Both the position numbers and the translations under genes were made by a program. The notes below the pieces were generated by a model, which did no database searches, was not told where the DNA came from, and saw only the letters and a program-made list of their open reading frames with translations. A stretch of DNA of 46,347 bases, taken from the NCBI GenBank assembly GCA_040182905.1, contig JARQWU010000056.1, forward strand, positions 1 to 46,347. The letters run 5' to 3'. Source of the DNA: Barthelona sp. PAP020 (Eukaryota). Of the stretch, positions 10,201-18,761 are shown piece after piece. Within the stretch, counting starts at the first letter, position 1; every line of letters starts with the position of its first letter.

Positions 10201-11545
10201 ATCACGAACCTTAAGAATGCAAATCAAGTATATGGTTTATCCTTTAATGTTACCCTCCATCAAATTATTGGAAACCGATGATTGTTTGCATCCTCTCGTG
10301 AGATTATCTGTTGACACTGTAGATTTTCAATCTAGTTCACACCTTGCTAAGTACATGAATAGGTTTTCTGCTGCTGAACAAGCCAAGGCAGCTGTTTTGA
10401 AAAAGAAAGGAGAACTTATTGTTGATAATATCATTTTATGGTCTCGTGGTTGGAGATTTGAATTGATTGGGAATACAATGAAGGTTTTAAAAGAAAAATC
10501 TTCGAATGTTTTTTTGATTAGAGCAAATCCCTTTGAATATGCAACTTCTGATGCAGATTCAACCTCGATATTTGGTATTCCATATGATTCATTGCCATTA
10601 TCTTCACAACAGCTACTTTGTTCCAGTTTGATTGAAAATGACATTTTTTCTGATGTTTTACCGTTAGAATTATTAGCTTCAGTACAAGAATCACTCGCTC
10701 TTTGTTTGAAAAACGTTAATATTGACAAAGACTTTTCTAATGCCACGTATAAATCACTCTTTTCACCAAAAGCTTTATCTTTAGAACAACAAAGGCAAGA
10801 AAGGTTGTTGAAAGAATTTGATGACAGAAAGCTCGATGTTCCCTATATATCTGATGCTATTCTATCATTTTCATGGGTTTTAGATGATCTAAAAGGCATT
10901 TACACTTTCACACATGTTCCATTGTATTACAATCCTGAATCTTTAACAATTGAAAGATTAGCAACAATTAGTCCTTTTACTTTACCCATAAAACCCATTC
11001 CACATTTAGTCAGTTTATCAATTGAAGCCCCATCAAAATTGGTCGCAAATCGTCCCATTACTTCGGAAAACCCTTTCAAATTTGATATTAATGTTAAAAT
11101 CTTAAACTTTTCAGTTAAGTCAATGGACATTGTGATTGCCCCTTCATTGAACATAGGATATCATCATTTGAATCCTTTGTTGTATTCTGATGACGCTTTG
11201 CAATTTAAAATGGGTGAAAGAGTATATCAAAATGTTGATATCACATCCGTTGTTTTGGAAGGAAAGGTAGTTAGTGTTTTTAGAGAAATGAAGCCATTTT
11301 CACAGGTTTCTTATCAGTTGGTTGGAGTTGTATATTCTCCAGGAATTTATAATTTGAACAAACTCATTTTGAGAGTCTTGGTTGATGACAAACCTTCGAA
11401 ACAAATTGTGGAAGCTCCTGATGTGTTGATAAATATTATACAAGATATTCATGATACCAAAGATGTCAATGTAGCTGTGAATGCCTTTGTTGATAAGGAC
11501 GTATTCATGGAGGATATTGATGATGGTAATGTGCTTGTAAATTGA
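7232..11545 (+). CDS. TRAPPC8: TRAPP III subunit TRAPPC8/Trs85
   Basis: 1437 aa. Segments EQTIRMTADICIQ...LYKELGKRCKADRKW..AQNREMYAL and AALFYEQLA...RKYSFLLYVAARKYFAAKQHQHALRCL match conserved TRAPPC8 segments. The C-terminus is beta-rich and Ig-like. Confidence 0.85.
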   Translation: MDDTTYRIYSKMRNLFLPKISYYELPCLNNQYDECKGHIFDYIQQNNIHCDINRKILLSADESFVCNELIFKFVHESEINLILTPEEIKETIFSDIAHFSDFPPFSFHTKTESKLFLSSIEDATPWYSTLLDTLYYRVNIVGAEYLTYPLGRFYITKADSKLGNLLEDSKFKMNHEQTFPYLSYFIFALYDPLTTSPNDLNIILDNFSSIRDCICFVPINGGLNEVRSGMENFVNNKFLVDIERVLQKYHNLIDNESSWGGKFRLWRSRNQTLETQDINIKSLVPYGNNTIEQTIRMTADICIQIGGLQIASQLYKELGKRCKADRKWFFHAQNREMYALAKFLLYLENPQDFDFTKLDTSFNETLSHYAEYFTVQNIIPSAEFYLLRTSIITLLLYNYTSLIQKRGLDQLAMNLVITTLKYLKNPTYAALFYEQLALLETSRGHIRKYSFLLYVAARKYFAAKQHQHALRCLLSTAKCYCLFDEIDDDNLYLAAEKLTYLLDSEGENWKNWDATEFMTKQLVPHAWGDIKFKIIDFFRLIYNVTNNKALLAPCLASILKLKTQQSQKEASKFFQELCELSKELGDLVFKDFDFLIFGPIKILSATDTTVESVNRRTRTSSFSQLTQLELLTTNKFNEWTDIDNIIEEIITKRRQERIAKQGLPSLEERMRLRDYGRISAQARMLSFLFSSISAQDETFYVNIQLQNTLFTNVLVSDFVLRYQKLEISEFDKTAERSLIDEENEIEIEAIPLEFRLAPSQKTQVRVSCCCRESTHLEIIGCEFNLSTLDGIKHGIIHCEHEFESRIDLDSRRLPEYRQIYKKERPNIATALNIGPMNQQNNCAPLKLKSSQPPLVVAVARQMPLLKAECTLERTEFFQSELIPFNILLTNEGTQPLCNLVAVASNPHSVLFPSDFPNNNLQKTEFSNCGLLESFISPRIIDESKDRYLIEVLEAGETTTITLYLNCHTVGSCDLKIALCYSDEKQEPPFESRTLRMQIKYMVYPLMLPSIKLLETDDCLHPLVRLSVDTVDFQSSSHLAKYMNRFSAAEQAKAAVLKKKGELIVDNIILWSRGWRFELIGNTMKVLKEKSSNVFLIRANPFEYATSDADSTSIFGIPYDSLPLSSQQLLCSSLIENDIFSDVLPLELLASVQESLALCLKNVNIDKDFSNATYKSLFSPKALSLEQQRQERLLKEFDDRKLDVPYISDAILSFSWVLDDLKGIYTFTHVPLYYNPESLTIERLATISPFTLPIKPIPHLVSLSIEAPSKLVANRPITSENPFKFDINVKILNFSVKSMDIVIAPSLNIGYHHLNPLLYSDDALQFKMGERVYQNVDITSVVLEGKVVSVFREMKPFSQVSYQLVGVVYSPGIYNLNKLILRVLVDDKPSKQIVEAPDVLINIIQDIHDTKDVNVAVNAFVDKDVFMEDIDDGNVLVN

Positions 11546-12186
11546 ACAGTTACTATATTTAATCTTTGCTGACTCTTACTGTGTTTGAAAATTTGTGTTT
11601 TATTGTATTTCGTTGTTCTTGTTGTCCTTTGTTATAAATGTGAGCAATTTCATTTTTATTTGGTTGGAAAGAATTGAGTTGTGTGGGAAAAAGTGGAGGA
11701 TGACTATCCAGCATTCTGTGAATGGCAGTTTTGAAAGAAGAAATTAAGGTAATTCAGAAACAGGTTTTGAAATATCAAATAATCAAATTTTTGGAAAAAT
11801 CAAGTGAAATCTCACAATCTTTGCTGAAATAGGTTTCAAAACAAACTTTTTGTCCACAAAACTTGCCATTTTTCTAAAAGCAAAAATTTAGAAAAAAAAA
11901 AATTCACTTAAAAATTGTAGAATTTGAAAACCAAATGTTGTCTTGTTGTTTAAAAACCATTTCTTTCATCATACTTCTATTCTTTCTCAATTTAAAAGAT
12001 CAAAAACAATGATTTAACAATGATTGAAAGAACTGAAATCAAAATAATTTTACAACCTGCAAAACAAAAAAATTGTCGATTTTTTCTTTTGTTGGGATAT
12101 TGAAAAATATTTTATTTAATCTCAACAAACATACAGTGCATGAAAAAAAATAAATAAATTTTTTACAAAAAAAAGTTTCAGGGTTA

Positions 12187-13200
12187 TTATGAACAAATTT
12201 CTATGATAGCTTCTTTAACTAATTTTTCATCAACATTCAATTGACAGAATCTACCTAGAATATGCATATATTTAAATGCAAATATTGATGGCTTGCCACA
12301 TTCAAAATTAAAAAAATCAACGTAATTTTTGTAGCATTTAAGATCAACATGCTGACATGCTAATGATTTTGATGGGCTCAAATCTCTATTTTTATTATCT
12401 AACTCAACATCAAAGACCAAATCCCATAAAACTTCAAAGGTCAGTTCAACAAAAGCTTTTCTTGACCTGACAACTTCCAAAGCTAATGAACGAAGCTCAG
12501 AAATGGGTAAATTTTCGATAGATTGTTCATGGTAATCAAAAGAATCAACCTTTACTTCTTCATTGAAATGACATATTCCGTCAACACAATAATCAATAAT
12601 ACTTACAGTTTTAAAATTGCCATTAGCATTAACATACTCTTGTGTTGCCTGTGAATTCATCCAAGTCTCAAAGTTTTGATTCCATGACCCCTTGTCAGGA
12701 CTTCCATGTCCAAAAATGTAAACGTTCTTAGGTTCAATGAATTTTAACCATTTGTTGGCATAACTAGACGCTCTTGGAGTGTCTAAATATAACTCTATTG
12801 GTATATCAAATGGTTTTAGATATTCATACAACTCATCAAAGAAAAGGAAAACATTATCAGACAACCTCAAAAATAAGGATGATCCAGCGGATGAAAAATA
12901 CACAAACAAGTCAATACAATTTGAAAAATCTCTTTTAAAAACACTCTCAATTACAGATTTATCGGTTAATTCAATGAAATGTTTTGGAAAACCTGTATCA
13001 AAGAGAGTTGATATTATAAAAATATTATCAGATTGATAATTGTCACCTAATAAATAATTTTGCATCAACAAAAGATCATTTTGATGAAAAAAATCATTGT
13101 TACTAGTTGAACCTCCAATTAATATCGCACAATGATCATTTGAATATACAAAAGAACAAAATATTAGCAACAACAAACTAACGAAACAAAAAGAGTTCAT
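12187..13200 (-). CDS. Secreted peptidase C13 (legumain-like) homolog, predicted catalytically inactive
   Basis: Signal peptide, then HCAILIGGS..DFFHQND (cf. WAVLVAGS..NYRHQAD), LFVYFSSAG (cf. FIYFTDHG) and LYLDTPRAS (cf. FYIEACESG). The Cys-rich C-terminus (CYKNYVDFFNFECG...FKYMHILGRFC...EAIIEIC) resembles the legumain prodomain. Confidence 0.75.
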   Translation of the reverse strand: MNSFCFVSLLLLIFCSFVYSNDHCAILIGGSTSNNDFFHQNDLLLMQNYLLGDNYQSDNIFIISTLFDTGFPKHFIELTDKSVIESVFKRDFSNCIDLFVYFSSAGSSLFLRLSDNVFLFFDELYEYLKPFDIPIELYLDTPRASSYANKWLKFIEPKNVYIFGHGSPDKGSWNQNFETWMNSQATQEYVNANGNFKTVSIIDYCVDGICHFNEEVKVDSFDYHEQSIENLPISELRSLALEVVRSRKAFVELTFEVLWDLVFDVELDNKNRDLSPSKSLACQHVDLKCYKNYVDFFNFECGKPSIFAFKYMHILGRFCQLNVDEKLVKEAIIEICS

Positions 13201-13400
13201 TTGTCACAAAAAAAAAACCTCAACCCTTCCATTTCATGGCTTTTTTTTGTGGATTTTTCTTGTTTAATTCATTATCACTTTGAATAAATGACCTTGAACA
13301 TCATCAAAATCAATTTCTTTTGTAAAAATTGCCCCATTACCATCTTATAACAATCCTTCAACATTTATATTTTTAATAAACAAAAAAAAACACTTTTTAC

Positions 13401-14213
13401 TTAATAATCAGCAGAAGATGCATCACTTTTAGAAATAATATTAATACCAGAACTTGTTCCAATTCTATCAGCACCAGATTGGACCATTTTAACGGCAGTT
13501 TCATAATCACGAACAGCACCAGAGGCTTTAACCAAGCCTTCATCACCGACAGCTAACTTCATTACACGAACATGTTCCTCCTTTGAACCACCGGTTCCAA
13601 AACCAGTTGAAGTCTTAACATACCTTGCACCAGCCAAACCAACAAGAATGGACACATCAACAATTTGTTCCAATGTAAGATAACAAGTTTCAATAATGAC
13701 TTTTAAAATAGCATCAGGATATTTCTCTACAGCCTCATTGATAGACTTAATTTCTTCATAAACATAAGTGAGTTCCCCATCTAACAATTTACCAACATGA
13801 ATAACCATGTCAATTTCATTTGCACCTTTGGAAAGAGCATCAGTTGTTTCAAAAACTTTGGCTTCTGTCGTCATTGCACCTAAAGGGAATCCGATTACGG
13901 AAGCAACACCAATTTGACGTGAACCTTTTAAAAGGGCACGACATTGTTCAACATAAGATCCATTGACACAAACAGCCTTGAAATTATGTTCAATTGCTTC
14001 ATTACACAATTTTTCAACATCCTTTGCTTGTGTAACTGCTTTTAACACAGTATGATCAATATATTGACTGATATGTTTGTCCATTCTTTCAGGATTAATG
14101 TTGTAACCTTCTTTAATATGTGGTAATACAGCAATAATGTCTTCAAAAGACATATTCAATTTCTCGGCAACATAGTGAGCACGATCAAAAACGAGTTGTT
14201 GTTCGGTATTCAT
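13401..14213 (-). CDS. deoC: Deoxyribose-phosphate aldolase (type I DeoC)
   Basis: Motifs IDHTVLK, AVCVN, VIGFPLG, GANEIDMVI, LKVIIETCYL, YVKTSTGF (Schiff-base Lys), VKASGAVR, RIGTSSG and a C-terminal Tyr. The first ATG is at 14213. Confidence 0.95.
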   Translation of the reverse strand: MNTEQQLVFDRAHYVAEKLNMSFEDIIAVLPHIKEGYNINPERMDKHISQYIDHTVLKAVTQAKDVEKLCNEAIEHNFKAVCVNGSYVEQCRALLKGSRQIGVASVIGFPLGAMTTEAKVFETTDALSKGANEIDMVIHVGKLLDGELTYVYEEIKSINEAVEKYPDAILKVIIETCYLTLEQIVDVSILVGLAGARYVKTSTGFGTGGSKEEHVRVMKLAVGDEGLVKASGAVRDYETAVKMVQSGADRIGTSSGINIISKSDASSADY

Positions 14214-14383
14214 TTTTAATATCAAAAGAAAATATGTTCAATGGTCTTCATTTTTCAAAGACATATAAAAATGTTTATCACAAACCAAAGAAATATTTTT
14301 GATCAAAACTGAAAGAGATCAAAGAAACAAAAACAAACCAAAAACTGATTGTGGTTTAAAACTGAATAGAATTATGATTGAAA

Positions 14384-14573
14384 GGTAGCACAGCCATTCA
14401 AAAAGTGTAAGGAACGACGTACAAAGGATTTGTAAATTTGGCGAACCAAACCAAAATCCATCCACAAAAAATAAAGTATACGTCTGAAAATATCAGACTA
14501 CATGCGGTTAAGCATATAAGAACAGATACTACATTGGGTTCAGAGCAAAAAGCTCAAGACAAGGAAGAAGGGT
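14384..14573 (-). ncRNA. U2: U2 spliceosomal snRNA (divergent), about 190 nt; ends approximate
   Basis: The minus strand reads, in order: stem I GAGC-TTTTT-GCTC; TGTAGTATCTGTTCTT (invariant U2 branch-pairing region, GTAGTA at 14532-14527); stem IIa TATATGC-TTAACC-GCATGTA; stem IIb GTCTGA-TATTT-TCAGAC; Sm site ATTTTTTG (14472-14465); stem III closed by GTTTGG-TTCG-CCAAAT; stem IV GTCGTTC-CTTACACTTTTT-GAATGGC. Order and spacing match U2. Confidence 0.92.
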
Positions 14574-14820
14574 TCAAAATTGCAAACTTGTTCAAATATT
14601 TGGAATTCTTTTTAGTAAACTGCAAAATTATCCTTTGTTTCACTTGAAAAACCATAAAAACATCATCAAAGGCAAAATTTTAACATTTTTAAATTAAAAT
14701 CAAAAATTTCTAAACAAATATCACAGGTGCTAGCACAAAAGAAAAAAAAGATACAATTTATATTGATCACAAAATATTGACTACAAAATGAGTTTGACTA
14801 CTGAACAATACAAAAGCACA

Positions 14821-15612
14821 TCAATATACTTGAGGTTGATAAGATGATTCGGAATTGGAATATGGATCATACACAACACTTTGTGAAGGCATATATCCAA
14901 AGTCATTTTGGATTTGTTGTTGTTGTTGTTGTTGCTGATTTTGAGGTTGATAATCATAAGAGACAGGTTGATTCATTGAAACATACGCATTTGGATTAAA
15001 ACTCGGTTGTACATTTATATTATTTGGATGATTTAAGACAGGTTGATTTGCAGGTGCTGAAAACATTCCTTGATTTTGATTTGGTGCCATAATTTGATTC
15101 ATTTGAGGCCCTTGGAATTGTCTTGTTTGTGCCACTTTTACATGCAAAGTCAAATCATAAGAAGTAACATGTCTATTATGTCCTCTTCTTCTTTCGATTG
15201 TTGAACTTCTCCCTTTGATTTCAATTGATAGATCAATACCATATTGTGTTCTTACATTATGTTCAAATCTATTAATTGCTTCTCTAACTCTAACAAGAAC
15301 AGCCTCCATTTTACAAGAAGTAAGAAAAATAGAATAACCAATGCAAGCAAAAATTAATAGTATTCCAACAAAACCAAAAATTGGTAAAACACGACCCAAT
15401 CCACCAGCTATTAAAAACCCTAAAATGAATGCCGGGACCAGAATTGTTTTTCCACGATTGTGATAATTATGTGGCATTATTACTTCAATTTCTTCAAGCA
15501 GTGAATTAAAAATTTGAGGTGAAACAATGTCGGAAACATATGCGGGAAAATTCCTCTCATATCGCCCAGTTCCAAAAAAGGAATCATAATATTGAAGTGC
15601 AAATGAATACAT
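14821..15612 (-). CDS. Erf4/Golgin-A7-like membrane-associated protein with Q/N/P-rich tail
   Basis: RYERNFPAYVSDIVSPQIFNSLLEEIE resembles GOLGA7 [26 protein letters not shown]. Two hydrophobic helices follow, then VLVRVREAINRFE..VRTQYGI and a low-complexity tail with Q8. The likely ATG is at 15612. Confidence 0.55.
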   Translation of the reverse strand: MYSFALQYYDSFFGTGRYERNFPAYVSDIVSPQIFNSLLEEIEVIMPHNYHNRGKTILVPAFILGFLIAGGLGRVLPIFGFVGILLIFACIGYSIFLTSCKMEAVLVRVREAINRFEHNVRTQYGIDLSIEIKGRSSTIERRRGHNRHVTSYDLTLHVKVAQTRQFQGPQMNQIMAPNQNQGMFSAPANQPVLNHPNNINVQPSFNPNAYVSMNQPVSYDYQPQNQQQQQQQQIQNDFGYMPSQSVVYDPYSNSESSYQPQVY

Positions 15613-15916
15613 TTTTTTTGCAACAAAAGAAAAAATTAAAGGATTGCAAGATTTTTTTTCATTTTTCTGTTTTTTTCTTTTCAAATCTAATCCCCAACGT
15701 TAAAAATATGGGCAAATAAAATTCTCATTTTTATCTGTGTGATTTATTCACAATTTTATTTAGAATTTTTGATTTGGTTTTGGGACAAAAATAGAAATTT
15801 TGTGTTTGAAAATATTTTAAATACATCATTCACCGTAAAAAGACATAAAGATCTTATTAACCACAAAATTAATAATCAAAAAAAGAATTTATGCAAAGAC
15901 TAAAAAATATTTACAA

Positions 15917-18452
15917 TTATTTGCTTTCAAGAGTTTTTGTAATACGAGAATGAATTCCAATGAGAAATTCAGCATAACCAATGGAATAAGCACACATGTC
16001 TTCAACTAACATTTCATCAAATAAAGTTTCCATGTGAGTTCCTTGAAATATTATGTATGGTTGCATAGTATAACCTCTAATATAATCTAAATATTGCAGA
16101 AGTCTGGCAAATTTCAATCCTTCACTTGTGTTAACAGGAATAACAGGAGATCTAGGATTATTTTCATCAGAAAGCATGAAAATATTGGAGTAATCACAAT
16201 TAGATTTGACAAAAACGAATGAACGTGCCAAAGGAAGATCTACAAGGATAATATCTTTCGAAACAGTAAACACTTGGGAAGGTCTAACCATTGGTAATAC
16301 TTTTGGTACTGAACTATCCCAATCTGGATCTGTGGAAATAATAACTGAATCAATATCATACATTCTGGGATAAACAGCATAAAATATTTGTTTTGGAAAT
16401 GCATTTGCAAAAAAATGCAGCCATGCCACTCTTGAAGCACAATTAACAGAAGTACCTGCTCTTAATAAAGGAGAACGAACTAAACTAGCTAGAAATAATG
16501 CAAGATGAGGAAGTTTATCGGGAACATAGATGGTTGATTCCCTGATTTGTTTATTTGTGGTTTTTCGATATGCAACAAATGAAGAAACACAAGTAGGAAT
16601 AAGAGTTTGTCTTATTGAAGAAAATGTTTGAGTAAACGCCTGCTTTGCGTATTTCTTCACAAAATGTGCACAAAAAGCGCACTGATCCATATAAGCAAAT
16701 AAATGTTGAATATCATAAGATGGCATAGCAGAATAGGTGATCACTCTTACAACGCAGGTCGTCCTATTTTTAACATAAAACAAAGCTAATTGTAAGGGTA
16801 CTAAAGATGAAGGCAAAGAACCATTGTAACCTAATTCATAACTAAAACAAGTGTCAGCACGCATAAATGGATATGCGTTTTGGGTATCTGCGATTTCAAA
16901 AGTTCTGTGCCCATACATTTCCTTAACTTCCAAAGTACGACCAACCCTAAAGTTGAATGTGACTTGAGAGAATAACGGAGTTTCAATAGCATGAATCATT
17001 TCATTTACGACATTAGAATTTACAGTTGAAAAATGTTTTAAAACTCCTCCCGTCATATCAGCAAGGTAACCTAAAGTTCCAAGCATCATTTGAACAGAAT
17101 TCAAACAATAAATATCAACACAACACTTCTTATCAAAAATTTCTTGTGCTTTCTTTTGAACCCATGAATTTGAACATTGGAATAATTTTCTCTCATCGTC
17201 AGTATTCAATAAATTCTTAGAAGGTGGAAGAATCATTTTTCCATCATGATATTGTGGATGCTCTGTTGCAAAAACTTCGAATCTCCCCAAAACATTAAGC
17301 TCAGCAAAAATCTCAGTAGCAACATCCAATGCCAGTCCTAATTTTGCATCATTAAACTCAGGAATAATGGTCTCTAAATGGTCCAAAATCGAAAGTATTT
17401 TGGGGGCTGCTTCTTCAAAAGTTAACATCAAATTATAAGCACATACAGGAACAAAAGGCTCATCAGAATATGATATTAATTCAACAGGAATAGGTTTTGA
17501 TAAATCGAAACAAGTAATGGAAGATCCATACAACATAATACCAATTCTACCTCCTTCATTTGCACCTGGAAACTTTTTATTAACCAGCAAATTCCGAACA
17601 ACTTCTAAACTGGCTTTGAAAGTGCCATTCAAATGACTATTCTTTGTGTGTTCAATAATAAAAAGATGTGAAGGTGTAGGGTCAAAGAATTCACCACTTC
17701 TTTCATATTCAACAGTTCCATAATTTAATTCAGGGTGTTGAGCATGATCAGTACGTTTTCCATTTTCTATTAAGGGAGCAAAACAACTAGAGTCAACATC
17801 ATTATCATAACCACACATTGTGCAGGCCCACTTACGTCCACCATCATGATAAGTACAACTAGGATTTAGATAACAACGACATCTTCGACAACGAATTGGA
17901 TCTCCATTCAATATTGGAATATTATACATATTTTGAAGTTCAACAGGGGCGAATGGGGTGAAAACAACACCAAAAGGCAAAGCAACAGAATTTAGTACAT
18001 CTTGAGTCATAGGAAATACTCTATAAGTTGGACGAATGAATCTTCCAGTAGCATTAAAACGATCAATACCCCCTTGAGGAACAAAAGAATGAGGTAAAAC
18101 TAATGGTTCACTGCCACATTCGTAAATAACAGGTACAGTTTTGGTATAATCATAGTTTCTATCATCAACAGGGGAAGGAAACTTTTCTAATAAACGGTCC
18201 GTAGTTTTTTGGGGTGATTGTTGTTGTTGAGAAATGGTCGCTGGCAACAATTGATTGGATGTACAATCAAATTGTTGCATTGTTTGTTCGGTTGATTGTT
18301 CTTTATGAACAGGTAAGCTTCCATCAATGGGTGGACTGGGAATATACTCTGTTTTTCTTTGACTAACAGTTAGTTTAAGAAATACAATCGAATTACATTA
18401 TTGGAATATTTTGCGGATTTGTTCCTGTTATTTGAAGAGAATCTGGCAACAT
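15917..18452 (-). CDS. SEC24: COPII cargo adaptor Sec24, 2 exons (18452-18397, 18362-15917), about 833 aa
   Basis: Contains RFIRPT...LPFGVVFTPFA, the zinc finger RCRRCRCYLNP...WACTMCG, a vWA/trunk domain, LQLALFY...VRVIT and VYPRMY. A 34-nt intron links the ATG at 18452 in frame. Confidence 0.92.
18363..18396 (-). other. Spliceosomal intron, 34 nt, in Sec24
   Basis: Sequence GTAATTCGATTGTATTTCTTAA-ACTAAC-TGTTAG. Removal fuses the upstream ATG exon (56 nt) in frame with the main ORF. Confidence 0.8.
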
Positions 18453-18761
18453 AGGAAAATAAATCAAAAAAAAATCTGTTTTCTTTTCCTGTTTATTATT
18501 CAACAATCAACTTTGAAATATGATATTGTTTGTTTTCAAGAAAATAATTCTTTAATAAAAGAATCTTTGCATGTGGATGATATTACACATTTACACAATT
18601 TGCTATTAATCCCGAATTATCTCAATATTTGAAGAAATTCAAGGCATTATTATAAATAATACAAAAATAAAAACAAAAAAAAATTTATTGTTTAACAAGA
18701 AAATTTGAACATTGAGCAAATTAAATTACAAGTTTATTTTGCTTTATATTTTTTCATCCAT

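Noticed and set aside
11640..11830. Sm-site-like AATTTTTGG (about 11786) in the TRAPPC8 downstream gap
   Set aside because: I found no U1 ACTTAC, U5 GCCTTTTAC or U4-like features around it, and the motif is common in AT-rich DNA.
14438..14647. 69-aa plus-strand ORF in the track
   Set aside because: It starts at TTG, has no recognisable motif, and lies antisense to the U2 snRNA gene, which explains its composition.
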